DNA of 64,000 nucleotides from Acidobacteriota bacterium (GTDB lineage: Bacteria; Acidobacteriota; UBA6911; RPQK01; CBDDCF01): NCBI GenBank assembly GCA_965225995.1, contig CBDDCF010000028.1, positions 144,983-208,982 of the forward strand, read 5' to 3'. The translations under genes and the position numbers were made by a program. This document shows positions 1 to 9,539 of the stretch, in pieces. The stretch's first letter is position 1. Each line of letters opens with the position of its first letter. The notes under the pieces are model-generated. The model had not been told where the DNA came from and searched no databases. It worked only from the letters and a program-made list of their open reading frames with translations.

Positions 1-1245
1 TGAGATACTCGACATGGCGGCCGCAAAGATGGCCGCAATCATCAGCCCAACCACACCTACCGGGAGGTGGGCGATGATGAAAGAAGGGAAGACGTAGTTC
101 ACGTCCCTGAAGTCTGGTTCCTGCCGGACCTCCTTCACCCGCTCAACGGCGCGGCTCCGCAAGTCTTCCTGCTGCCGCAAACGAATTTCGTATGCGCTCT
201 TTGCCTCTGCTCCGGGCTGGGCGGCGAAGGCTCTCGCGGTACGTGCTAGTTCCAAGGCGCCCGTCTGGTACTGATCCTCGAGACTCCGGAACTGTGGGTC
301 GGCCTGCATCTGTTGGGCTACGCCTGGATTGAAAATCAGAGGCTGTCCCTCAAACTGATAAAAGGCAAAAACCAGGACTCCGATCAACAAGATCACGAAT
401 TGCACCGGAATCTTCAAGAGCGCGCTCATCAACAGCGACGTCCGCCCTTCGTCGATGGAGCGAGCGGTCAGGAAACGTTGTACCTGGCTTTGGTCGCAGC
501 CAAAATAGGCGAGCATTAGAAAGACTCCGCCGATCAAACCAGACCAGAAGGTATATGTCTGATCCAGGTCGAAGGAGAAATCGATCGTATTCAGGTGCCC
601 GCTGATTGAGGTCAACTCGAGAGCCTTGCCCAGGCTCACGTCGGCCGGAAACCGGCTGATGATGACGATGACGACGACCGCCATGCCGATCAAGATCAGC
701 ACCATCTGCTTGACATCGGTCCAGGTCACTGCCTGGACTCCTCCCAGCATGGTGTAGAACACGGTCGGTACCCCAATCGCCAGAACCGTCAGCTGGAGGT
801 TCCACCCCAGAACGATCGAGAGGATCACGGCTGGAGCTGCAATGATCACGCCACAGGAAAGTCCTCGCGACACGAGAAAGAGGAAACTCGTCAAGGTACG
901 CGTCTTGGCATCGAACCGCTGTTCCAGATACTCGTAGGCGGTAAAGACATCGGCCCGGTGGAAGAAAGGGACCACCGTGACGCACAGGATGATCATGGCG
1001 AAAGGGAGCCCGAAGTAGAACTGGATGAAACGCATTCCATCATCGAACGCCTGACCGGTAGTTCCGACCAGCGTGATGGCGCTCATCTGAGTAGCCATGA
1101 TTGAGAGCCCCACGGCCCACCACGGCAGACTCCGGTTGGCCAGGAAGTAGCCTCGGACCTCATCTGTCTCTCGGCTCCGCCGGATGCCGTCAATGATGAC
1201 GTAGCCCAGGTAGCCCAGTACGATCAGCCAATCAATTGAGTGCAT
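1..1245 (-). CDS. Sodium:solute symporter (SSF) family transporter, partial. The ATG is at 1243-1245 and the C-terminus lies beyond the window start
   Basis: Manual minus-strand translation from 1245 gives [16 protein letters not shown]...multi-TM...[16 protein letters not shown], the SSF signature region. It is not in the ORF track because no stop lies in the window. The listed 350..985(-) Arg-rich ORF is an off-frame shadow of this gene. Confidence 0.75.
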   Translation of the reverse strand, partial: MHSIDWLIVLGYLGYVIIDGIRRSRETDEVRGYFLANRSLPWWAVGLSIMATQMSAITLVGTTGQAFDDGMRFIQFYFGLPFAMIILCVTVVPFFHRADVFTAYEYLEQRFDAKTRTLTSFLFLVSRGLSCGVIIAAPAVILSIVLGWNLQLTVLAIGVPTVFYTMLGGVQAVTWTDVKQMVLILIGMAVVVIVIISRFPADVSLGKALELTSISGHLNTIDFSFDLDQTYTFWSGLIGGVFLMLAYFGCDQSQVQRFLTARSIDEGRTSLLMSALLKIPVQFVILLIGVLVFAFYQFEGQPLIFNPGVAQQMQADPQFRSLEDQYQTGALELARTARAFAAQPGAEAKSAYEIRLRQQEDLRSRAVERVKEVRQEPDFRDVNYVFPSFIIAHLPVGVVGLMIAAIFAAAMSSIS

Positions 1246-1441
1246 CAGACGCTAAAATAGCGGGAAAACAACCACAGCAAAAAGATCACGGCAATCGTAT
1301 TGACCACCACAATCCAGTAGATTTGTCGCCAGTTCCGGTAACTCCCGGTTTCGGGAGCAGTTGGTGCGTGCAAGACCCCCCCTCGATGAAAGTCTCTACA
1401 TCATAGACGTTGAGCAGAGCGTTTGCGTTTCTGCGGCCTGG

Positions 1442-1800
1442 AAATGCAATCGCAGAGTCGCTTTGTATGAGATCCGGAATGGGCCAGTATCCAGCTTGCC
1501 AGCTAGCCCGGATAATTCACGCGTTGTCGAAGCGAAGAGTCGGAAGCGCCGCGCTGACAAGGCGTTACGCCCGAGGGCCGCGGAAGCATAGTCGTGCACT
1601 CTGTTGAATAGCCCGAGGGGGGGGCAACGCAGTCAGCGCGGATGATCCCGGCTGTGCAGCCGACAACGCCCAACGACCCCGCTACGAGAAGCAACTCCTC
1701 CTGATGAGGGTTCGATGTCGTCATTACGGCACTGACTCTCGTCTCCCAATAATCCCCTCTCTGCGTAACTCCGCGTTTCGGCGCCTCTGCGCTTGCATTT
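1442..1800. repeat. MITE/REP-like intergenic repeat, copy 1. TIRs are aaatgcaatcgcagag / cctctgcgcttgcattt and the core is gtcgaagcgaagagtcggaagcgccgcgctgacaagg (1523-1562)
   Basis: Terminal inverted repeats and core are shared with loci at 8275-8506, 39102-39236 and 59411-59485. It lies downstream of the ATP-grasp gene. The small ORFs inside it (1361..1591 and others) are judged spurious. Confidence 0.45.
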
Positions 1801-2750
1801 CAGCCCTGGGTCGCCAGCACAAACTCTCCCCAATCGATTTGGGGACGGCCCGACTCATACTCCTTGGCTTTCCGAATCGTGAGGTCCGCCATCGCCTCCA
1901 CGATCCACTCGAAATTCTTCTCCCCCACCGAATGATAGTCGGCATCGGGGGCCGGATTGCAGAAATCAATGGCGTAGGGCTCGCCGTCACGAATTGCCAG
2001 TTCGACGGTGTTCAGGTCGTAGCCTAAACCCTGGTTGAGAGCTAATACCGCGGACTCCATCCTTTTCGCCAGACCGGGGTCGATCTGCCGCGGTTCGAGG
2101 GAATACTGCTCTTCGAAGGGTTTGCGGGGATCGTACTCCATCATCAGGACCTGCTCCCGCCCGACGCAGTAGCAACGGTAGTATTGGGAGAAGACGATCT
2201 CCTCCTGAAGCATCATGACAAGCTGTCCGGTCCGGTTGTAGATCTCGAATAACTCTTCGGGACTTGTCACCCGATAGACACTCTTCCAGCCACCTCCGGA
2301 AAATGGTTTGAAGTAGGCAGGAAACCCGACGTACTCGAATATGGAGTCCCAGTCGAGGGGATAGGCAAGGTTCCGCATCAACATTTCATTGGTATCAGGC
2401 GGATGTTCCTTGGAAGGCAACAGCACCGTCTTAGGTACGTAGACTCCGAGCTTTTCGGCAAGCGCATTATTGAAGAATTTTTCGTCGGCGCTCCACCAAA
2501 AGGGATTGTTGATGACAATGGTCCCGCTCAGGACAGCGTTCTTCAAATAGGCCCGGTAGAACGGAATGTCCTGTGATATGCGATCAACGATCACGGCATA
2601 TCGACAAGGGGCAGCTTGAATCACCTTGTCGATCGAGACGAATTCGGCGGTAATACCCGGTTCCTTTCTTTCGTTGACTCGCTCTACGAAGACGTGCGGG
2701 AAGGTATTTTCCTGACCAAACAGAATCCCAATCTTTCGGGGCTTCGGCAT
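1800..2750 (-). CDS. ATP-grasp domain protein (RimK/glutathione-synthetase-like ligase fold)
   Basis: 316-aa ORF whose sequence resembles ATP-grasp ligases (...FSGGGWKSVYRV..., ...LVMMLQEEIV...). No specific family was recognised. Confidence 0.55.
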   Translation of the reverse strand: MPKPRKIGILFGQENTFPHVFVERVNERKEPGITAEFVSIDKVIQAAPCRYAVIVDRISQDIPFYRAYLKNAVLSGTIVINNPFWWSADEKFFNNALAEKLGVYVPKTVLLPSKEHPPDTNEMLMRNLAYPLDWDSIFEYVGFPAYFKPFSGGGWKSVYRVTSPEELFEIYNRTGQLVMMLQEEIVFSQYYRCYCVGREQVLMMEYDPRKPFEEQYSLEPRQIDPGLAKRMESAVLALNQGLGYDLNTVELAIRDGEPYAIDFCNPAPDADYHSVGEKNFEWIVEAMADLTIRKAKEYESGRPQIDWGEFVLATQG

Positions 2751-2796
2751 TAGAAATTCTCCTGATAACAGGCAGGATGCCTATTTTACTTAACGC

Positions 2797-4848
2797 CTAA
2801 TTCGGTTGCGAACCACCCGTAACTTCATCGGGAGGCAAGTCCGGTTTCGTCATATTGGGTTTGGGGCCGTTGAAGAGATAATGATTGAACCACTCCAGAT
2901 TGTGGGTCATGGCGGCTCTCATCGCCCGGGGCTTGCTGATCCCATGCCCGAACCCCCGATAAACCACCATCTCTACCGGCACCCCCCGATCCTCCAAACC
3001 CTGCCGCAGCTCATAGGCATTGGGAATCGGAACCCGACGATCGAACTCCCCGTGCTGAATCAGGGTGGGGGTTTTGGCCTGCAGAATATAAGACATGGGA
3101 GAGGTCTTGCGATAGATCTCCGGGTCGTCAGCCGGATCGTCTCCCAAGTAATTGATGGTGAACGGGGTAATGTCGGTTTTGTAGTAGTAGGTGGCCCAAT
3201 TCGAGATTCCGGCCCCCACGGAAATGGCAGCAAACCGATCGGAGGAGGTAGTTAGAAAAGCAGAGATATATCCACCCTGGCTCCAGCCCATCGAGCCGAC
3301 TCGCGCGGGATCCACCCAGCCTTTCTCGACCAGATGCTGTACTCCAGAAAGCACATCCCAGGCATCTCCTACTCCCAGATTCCGCATGTTTAGCTTGCGG
3401 AATTTCTCACCGTAGCCGGCACTCCCACGATAGTTCACCCTCAGGATCAGAGCTCCTTGAGCAGCCCACAGATCGACTGGGTAATACCGAGTACCCCGCG
3501 ATAAGAGCGAGGGACGGTCGATCCCGGTGGGGCCGCCGTGGATAACGCAGAGCAGAGGGTAGCGGCGCGAGGGATCGAAATTCTGGGGTTTGATCAGGAT
3601 TCCCTCGATCTCGGTGCCATCTTCACTCTTCCATGAGATCACTTCCCGGGTTCCCAGGACATAGTCTTCTATCGCGAGGCTTGCATTTGTCAATTTGCGG
3701 GGATGGCTGCCGTCCGTCTCTGCCACATAGAGTTCAGGAAGCGCGTCTGTACTCTCCATGGAATAGGCCATCCACTCCCCGTCATGGCTGAAATCGATGG
3801 AGCTGAACATGGCATCATCCGGTCCCGAGATACGGCGAATCCGACCCGTGTCTGGATCGAGCAGAAAGAGGTGGGAGGCAGTCTTTTGGGAAGCCGAGAA
3901 GTAAATGCCGTGATCGTTCCATTCCAGAGCTCTCGGGTTCTCGTCGAAACTTCCTGTGAGTGGCTCCAGCGGGCCACCCTCGATGCTGACCCGTGCCAGC
4001 TGAACATTGCTGGCGTAGTATTTCTCCACGCCCAGATAAGTGCTGATCAGCAGGCTCTTCCCATCTGGTGAGACAAGCACGACGTTGTCGGGTCCAGCCT
4101 GCTGAACAACAGCTCGGATCTTGCCACTCTTCAAGTCGAGCTGGTAGACGTCGGAACTTGCTCGATCCACCAAATCGGGCGTCCTGGCCGCGGTGAAAGC
4201 AATCGCTGAAGAATCGGGAGTCCAGCTGAAGTTCGTGATGTGCCGATCGGTGCCCTGAGTCTGCTGCTTCCCAGGCGTCGCCTTTGCAAACGCTTCAGCC
4301 ACATCCAGAGTCCAGAACTGGCTGAATCGGTAATCTCTCCGAACGACATGGGAGTCCCCCAAGAATTCCTTTCTCTTCTTGCTCGCCGCGTCTTCCGGCT
4401 CCTGAGCGATGAAACCGATCTTCCGACCGTCGGGAGACCATTGGAAGTTCTGCACTCCTGTGGTCAAAGCCGACAACGTCACAGATTCCCCGCCCTGGGG
4501 CCGGAGCGCGAAGATCTGACTCTTCCCATCTACCGACCGCACAAAAGCAATCCATTGACTGTCAGGGGACCAACGAGCCTGGCGAGCGGAGGCTTTTCCC
4601 CGTGTCAACTGGCGTGATTCTCCTCCATCGGCTGGCACGAGATGGAGTTGGCTAATGAAGGAGTCCTCCTCAAAATCGGGCAGAGTGACACTGTAGACAA
4701 CCCACTTCCCGTTGGGAGAGATTACTGGACCCGCCGGCATCGTCACCTGCATCAATTCGTCGACGGTGGGAACATGGGCAGCTCGCCCAGCGACCGATTG
4801 GATCAGGAGAGCGAGCGAGACAACTAACTTATAATTAGGCATGGTCAC
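2797..4848 (-). CDS. S9 family serine peptidase (prolyl oligopeptidase / acylaminoacyl-peptidase-like) with an N-terminal beta-propeller and a signal peptide
   Basis: N-terminal signal peptide. TolB/WD40-like propeller repeats (SPDG.., WSPDG..). C-terminal alpha/beta hydrolase with GWSQGG (GxSxG nucleophile), followed by later Asp/His positions. Confidence 0.8.
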   Translation of the reverse strand: MTMPNYKLVVSLALLIQSVAGRAAHVPTVDELMQVTMPAGPVISPNGKWVVYSVTLPDFEEDSFISQLHLVPADGGESRQLTRGKASARQARWSPDSQWIAFVRSVDGKSQIFALRPQGGESVTLSALTTGVQNFQWSPDGRKIGFIAQEPEDAASKKRKEFLGDSHVVRRDYRFSQFWTLDVAEAFAKATPGKQQTQGTDRHITNFSWTPDSSAIAFTAARTPDLVDRASSDVYQLDLKSGKIRAVVQQAGPDNVVLVSPDGKSLLISTYLGVEKYYASNVQLARVSIEGGPLEPLTGSFDENPRALEWNDHGIYFSASQKTASHLFLLDPDTGRIRRISGPDDAMFSSIDFSHDGEWMAYSMESTDALPELYVAETDGSHPRKLTNASLAIEDYVLGTREVISWKSEDGTEIEGILIKPQNFDPSRRYPLLCVIHGGPTGIDRPSLLSRGTRYYPVDLWAAQGALILRVNYRGSAGYGEKFRKLNMRNLGVGDAWDVLSGVQHLVEKGWVDPARVGSMGWSQGGYISAFLTTSSDRFAAISVGAGISNWATYYYKTDITPFTINYLGDDPADDPEIYRKTSPMSYILQAKTPTLIQHGEFDRRVPIPNAYELRQGLEDRGVPVEMVVYRGFGHGISKPRAMRAAMTHNLEWFNHYLFNGPKPNMTKPDLPPDEVTGGSQPN

Positions 4849-4882
4849 TCCTTAGTCTTAGTCTGCAGGACTAAGTCAGCGA

Positions 4883-6475
4883 CTAGGAGCCCATCCTAGG
4901 CGCTGCTTCGAGGGTTTCTTCGTTGGCAACTGATTCAAAGGCCTTGAAGTTATCGTTGAAGAGTTTCGCCAGCTTCTGTGCCGCCGTGTCATAGGCTTTC
5001 CGATCGGCCCACGTATTCCTGGGAGTCAGAATCTCGGCCAGCACATTCGCACACTCGGAAGGAACCGCCAATCCAAAGACGGGATCTGTTTGGTAGTCGG
5101 CATTTTTCAAACTTCCATCATGGATAGCGTCGATCATGGCCCGCGTGTAGGAGAGGCGGATACGTTTGCCGGCTCCAAAACCGCCCCCTGACCAACCCGT
5201 GTTGACGAGCCAAACCGAGACATCGTGTTGTCGAATCTTCCGGGCCAGCATTTCGGCATACTTGGTGGGATGCCAGACCAGAAAAGGAGCTCCGAAACAG
5301 GCTGAGAAAGTGGCTTCGGGGTCGGTAATTCCGACCTCGGTTCCCGCGACCTTGGCGGTGTAGCCACTGATGAAGTGATACATGGCCTGGCCGGCGGTTA
5401 ACTTGCTCAAAGGGGGCAGCACTCCAAAAGCATCGCAGGTCAGGAAGATCATGTTCAGCGGATGACCCGCCAGGGCCGGGATTTTGGAATTGGGAATGAA
5501 CTCGATCGGGTAGGCCCCGCGTGTATTCTTGGTGACCGAGGTATTCGCGAAGTCCACCTCGCGCGTCTCTTCGTCCAGAATCACATTCTCGAGCACCGAA
5601 CCGAATCGAATAGCCTGGTAGATCTCAGGTTCCGCTTCCGCCGACAGGTTAATCGTCTTGGCATAGCACCCGCCCTCGATGTTGAATACGCCGTTTTCGG
5701 TCCAGCAGTGTTCGTCGTCCCCAATCAAGAAACGATGTGGATCAGCCGAGAGTGTGGTCTTTCCGGTTCCGGACAGGCCAAAGAAGATCGACACGTCTTC
5801 CTCAGCCCCCTGGTTGGCTGAGCAATGCATGGAAAGGACTCCCCGTTTGGGCATCAGGTAGTTCATGAGAGTGAACACACCTTTTTTCATCTCTCCTGCA
5901 TACTCTGTTCCCAGGATGACCGATTCCCGATCCTCGAAGTTGAGTGAGACACTGGTCGCCGAGGTGAGACTTGGCAAGGATACATCGGCCGAATGCCGAC
6001 CGGCATTGATGACGACAAAATCGGGTTCTCCGAAGTCGGCGAGGTGCCGGCGCGGTGGCCGGATCAGCATGTTATGCATGAACAGGGCGTGGTAGGCCCG
6101 CTCACAGATGATTCGAACCTTCAGCTGGTGGAGTGGATCCCAGCCAGCATAGCCGTCAACCACATAAACGCGTTCGGCTCTCTTCAAGTATCCAAGGGCA
6201 CGTTTCCGGTTCTCGGCGAAGATCTCCGAGCTGAGCGGAATGTTGACGTCTCCCCACCAGACATCCGGGCTCGAAGCCGCTCCCTCAACGATTCGCTTGT
6301 CCTTGGGGCTGCGTCCGGTCTTTTCGCCCGAAAATGCTACCAGTGCGCCATTGGCCGCAATGAGTGTCCCCTTCTCCAACGCCAAGGCTTCTTCATAGAG
6401 TTGCGCCGGAGCCGCGTTCCTCAGTACTCGACTCCAGTCGATTCCATAGCGAGACAGATCCAGTTCTTGAGACAT
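4883..6475 (-). CDS. pckA: Phosphoenolpyruvate carboxykinase (ATP)
   Basis: 530 aa. Kinase-1a motif FFGLSGTGKTTLS, ...DDEHCW..., and a conserved PEPCK-ATP C-terminal region. Confidence 0.93.
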   Translation of the reverse strand: MSQELDLSRYGIDWSRVLRNAAPAQLYEEALALEKGTLIAANGALVAFSGEKTGRSPKDKRIVEGAASSPDVWWGDVNIPLSSEIFAENRKRALGYLKRAERVYVVDGYAGWDPLHQLKVRIICERAYHALFMHNMLIRPPRRHLADFGEPDFVVINAGRHSADVSLPSLTSATSVSLNFEDRESVILGTEYAGEMKKGVFTLMNYLMPKRGVLSMHCSANQGAEEDVSIFFGLSGTGKTTLSADPHRFLIGDDEHCWTENGVFNIEGGCYAKTINLSAEAEPEIYQAIRFGSVLENVILDEETREVDFANTSVTKNTRGAYPIEFIPNSKIPALAGHPLNMIFLTCDAFGVLPPLSKLTAGQAMYHFISGYTAKVAGTEVGITDPEATFSACFGAPFLVWHPTKYAEMLARKIRQHDVSVWLVNTGWSGGGFGAGKRIRLSYTRAMIDAIHDGSLKNADYQTDPVFGLAVPSECANVLAEILTPRNTWADRKAYDTAAQKLAKLFNDNFKAFESVANEETLEAAPRMGS

Positions 6476-6553
6476 GAAGATGTAACCCTCAGAGCATTGT
6501 CATAAAAGGCAAAATTGTACGCCTTTTCCGAACCTCGTGCCACTTCCCGGCCT

Positions 6554-7702
6554 TCATATCGCACCCGGATCCCCCTCCACAATGCGTCGGAATCCGGCCG
6601 GATCAGTGTCTCCTTCGGTGTTGATGACCAGGACCTCAGAGTGGTCATTGATCTCCAGGTATTTCAAATCGGCGCCAAGCGCGGGATTCGACAGCAGAGC
6701 CAGTAGTCCGGCGAGGCCAGCAGCGCCTGTTTCGCCGGCCACAATTCGGGCATCACTCCCCCGCGGGCGATAGAGTCGGCGCACGGCATCCTCGGCGTAC
6801 TGATCCTCCACGGCCAGGAACAGATCGATCCCGACTCGCAAAATCGGCCAGGCCTCCAACGAAGGGAACGAACAATTGAGCCCCGCCATGATCGAATGGA
6901 TGGATCCGGACGCTCGTTGGGGTGATCCGTCCCTGGATCGGATCGAACTTAACAGGCAATCAGCTTCCACTGGTTCGACACAAATGAAGTGGGGCTGTGA
7001 AGACCAGGACTTCATGACCCGTAGGGCTGTGGACGCCAGTCCCCCTACACCACCCTGCAGAAAAACGTGGCTGGGGAGCGAAATGCGAGCTTGTTCCAGC
7101 TCTTCTCGGATCTCTTCAAAGAGTGTGCAGTAGCCGGTCGTGATCCAGGTGGATATCCGCTCATAACCCGGATATGCGTTGTCAGAGAGAACTGCCCAGC
7201 CATTCTTGCGGCTGACTTTTTCGGCCTCCGCTACCGCCTGGTCGTAGTGGCCGCTCACGGCCCTGACTTCCGCCCCTTCGTCTGCAATCGCCTGTCGGCG
7301 TGCCGAGACCATGTCATCGGGAACAAAAACTACTGCTCGATGTCCCAGCTGTCGTGTTGCCCAAGCAACTGCCCGGCCGTGATTTCCGTCAGTGGCAGTG
7401 GCAAAGGTAATCGGAGCCGTTCCGGGTGGGTGGGTTTCCAGGAAGCGGGCCAGCCCATAAGCGGCGCCCAGGACCTTGAAGGCTTTTAGACCGAGCCGCT
7501 GGGACTCGTCTTTGACCAGAATCCGTCCCAAACCCAAACCTGCGGCCAACTCAGGAAGATCGTGCAATGGGGTGGGCTTGTACCCCGCCAGAGTCCGATG
7601 AAATCTGCGCACCTCTTGGATCACTTCCTGCGAGAGGGCCGGAACTCGAGCTGGTTCCAGGAATCGATTTTGCGTGGACCGGGCGGTACTGATTTCATCC
7701 AT
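6554..7702 (-). CDS. PLP-dependent fold-type II enzyme, diaminopropionate ammonia-lyase-like
   Basis: KDESQRLGLKAFKVLGA (PLP-lysine region) and the ATDGNHGRAVA glycine-rich loop. Size (382 aa) fits DAPAL/threonine-dehydratase-like enzymes. Confidence 0.55.
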   Translation of the reverse strand: MDEISTARSTQNRFLEPARVPALSQEVIQEVRRFHRTLAGYKPTPLHDLPELAAGLGLGRILVKDESQRLGLKAFKVLGAAYGLARFLETHPPGTAPITFATATDGNHGRAVAWATRQLGHRAVVFVPDDMVSARRQAIADEGAEVRAVSGHYDQAVAEAEKVSRKNGWAVLSDNAYPGYERISTWITTGYCTLFEEIREELEQARISLPSHVFLQGGVGGLASTALRVMKSWSSQPHFICVEPVEADCLLSSIRSRDGSPQRASGSIHSIMAGLNCSFPSLEAWPILRVGIDLFLAVEDQYAEDAVRRLYRPRGSDARIVAGETGAAGLAGLLALLSNPALGADLKYLEINDHSEVLVINTEGDTDPAGFRRIVEGDPGAI

Positions 7703-7748
7703 CTTCCTAATCTACCCTGGAAGGTCCCTCCAAGCTATGATTGGAGCG

Positions 7749-8258
7749 ATGAAGACCCTAATCATATTTAGACACGGCAAATCGGACTGGGGTGCGGATT
7801 ACCCCGGCGATCATTCCCGCCCGATAGCCAAGAGAGGACGACGTGCGGCCTCGGTCATGGGACGCTTTCTGGCTCTCACCGGTCAGCTTCCCGACAGAGT
7901 CATCAGTTCCTCAGCCCGCCGCGCCCACGAAACCGTTGAGCTGGCTCATGCAGCTGGCGGCTGGGAATGCGAAATTGAAATCGACGATTCGTTTTACGAG
8001 GCCAATGTCGGCATCGTGCTCGGGAGAATCCGGCGCGAACCCGATACGACCGAAGTGCTGTTGATCTCGGGACATGAGCCTACTTGGTCGGAACTGGTCT
8101 CAAGCCTCTCGGGAGGCGGCCAGGTGCGCTTTCCCACCGCAGCCATGGCACGCGTCGATCTCGATATTCACCAATGGGGTGCGGTTGCGCCGGGTAGGGG
8201 ACGCTTGATCTGGCTGATTCCCCCCCGCCTGCTGAGTGACGGGGAACTCAAAATCTGA
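7749..8258 (+). CDS. sixA: Histidine phosphatase superfamily protein (SixA-like phosphohistidine phosphatase)
   Basis: RHG motif (MKTLIIFRHGKS) and a later conserved His (ISGHEP). The ORF-track start at 7674 is probably too early; the likely start is ATG at 7749. Confidence 0.65.
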   Translation: MKTLIIFRHGKSDWGADYPGDHSRPIAKRGRRAASVMGRFLALTGQLPDRVISSSARRAHETVELAHAAGGWECEIEIDDSFYEANVGIVLGRIRREPDTTEVLLISGHEPTWSELVSSLSGGGQVRFPTAAMARVDLDIHQWGAVAPGRGRLIWLIPPRLLSDGELKI

Positions 8259-8274
8259 GTTTTGCAGGTGGGGG

Positions 8275-8506
8275 AAATGCAAGCGCAGAGACGCGGAGGC
8301 GCAGAGATTTTCGCAGAGAGGGAATTGGGGAGGAAAATTCAGGCGTGTACGGGAGTGGCGATCCGCAAACCCCATCCCGTCCGGAACCTCAACAGATTTG
8401 CTCTCCGCCTACGCGTCTCTGCGATTGTATTTCGTCTGCTGGCCACGCCACGAAGCCAATCGGTTGCGGCCCCGGCGCTATGTCTCTGCGCTCGCGTTTC
8501 AAGGAC
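8275..8506. repeat. MITE/REP-like intergenic repeat, copy 2. It has a left TIR at 8275-8290 and two right-TIR-like ends at 8415-8433 and 8488-8506
   Basis: Left TIR aaatgcaagcgcagag and right-TIR-like ends gtctctgcgattgtatttc / gtctctgcgctcgcgtttc. It lies between convergent genes (sixA + and 8499..9539 -). Confidence 0.4.
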
Positions 8507-9539
8507 GGGTACTTGGCAGTTTCCTCAGTAGCTCGCCCATCGCGGGATCGTCCGGGTAGCTCCGGTCCAGATCTACTACATCGGATTCGTAACCTGAGAC
8601 CTGGCCCTTTTCGTCCAGTTCGAAAACCAGTCTGCCCAGCTGGCGACCCCGTTCGATACTGGAGAGGATGATGGCGTTGTTGACTTGTACGGGTTCGTAC
8701 AGCCTGTACTGGCGTTCCGTGGTCAGAATCGCGTAAATCTTGTCGTTATCGCTGGCCATCCGATGGAGCAGCGAGCCGGGTTCAGCCGACCCCTTTCGGA
8801 AGTAGTCGGCCAAAACCACTACAAAATCGACCTGGGGCGCCAATTCCGGCATCACCTCGGCAATTGCGGCTACCGGATCTTGCCCACGGAAACCGGAGTT
8901 GGGCTTGACTCGGCCGGGTTCGACAATTCCCATGAATCCGATACGAAGATCTTTCTCCAGGCCGGTCTGACCCGGCTTCAAGGTAAGGATGGCATAGCGG
9001 TCCGGACGCTTTACGGATGCTCTGCGGGGAACCAGATTAGTCGAGATGATGCGAGTGTCCCGCCCTTGTTGCGAGGCCAGTTCGGACCACAGGTACAGAT
9101 CCTCGGCACCCAAATTCATTACTGAAAGCGGCAAGATCTCCATTGCCTTCAGGATGGCTTCGTTGATCGTATTGGCATCCGGTCCCTGGGGCGCGAAGAT
9201 GCTACCGGCATCAACCTGAATCAATGGAGCCCCAAATTCCTCGGCGTATTGGCGGCTGAAAGTGGCTCGGCGGGGGAATCCTCCATTGGGCTCCACTTTG
9301 CAGCCGCAAGTACCGAAGGTTCCAGTGATCCAACCACTGAAAAGGAGGGCAAACTTAGGAGCTTTCGTATCCGATGCCCCCAACAGTTTGGCGCTCAGAC
9401 TCAAACTCGCCAGCAAGACTAGCGCACAGATTCCGAAATCGTGTAACAGCCGTCTCATAGTTCTTCTTTCCTTCCACAGCACCGGTTTAGCTTCGGGAAC
9501 CACATTGTCATTACAGGTCGGCTTATCGTGTAAGTTCAA
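8499..9539 (-). CDS. Hypothetical secreted protein. The likely start is MRRLLHDFGICALVLLASLSLSA near 9458
   Basis: Signal peptide after an internal Met and no recognisable catalytic motif. It overlaps the upstream M28 peptidase gene by 17 bp, which looks operon-like. Confidence 0.4.
   Translation of the reverse strand: MNLHDKPTCNDNVVPEAKPVLWKERRTMRRLLHDFGICALVLLASLSLSAKLLGASDTKAPKFALLFSGWITGTFGTCGCKVEPNGGFPRRATFSRQYAEEFGAPLIQVDAGSIFAPQGPDANTINEAILKAMEILPLSVMNLGAEDLYLWSELASQQGRDTRIISTNLVPRRASVKRPDRYAILTLKPGQTGLEKDLRIGFMGIVEPGRVKPNSGFRGQDPVAAIAEVMPELAPQVDFVVVLADYFRKGSAEPGSLLHRMASDNDKIYAILTTERQYRLYEPVQVNNAIILSSIERGRQLGRLVFELDEKGQVSGYESDVVDLDRSYPDDPAMGELLRKLPSTRP

Noticed and set aside
350-985. 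211-aa Arg-rich ORF on the minus strand
   Set aside because: It is an off-frame shadow of the SSF transporter gene (1..1245, minus) and its composition is implausible.
8262-8531. Small ORFs at 8236..8559, 8262..8531, 1361..1591 and 1410..1607
   Set aside because: They lie entirely within MITE/REP-like repeat copies and have Arg/Ala-rich repeat-derived composition.
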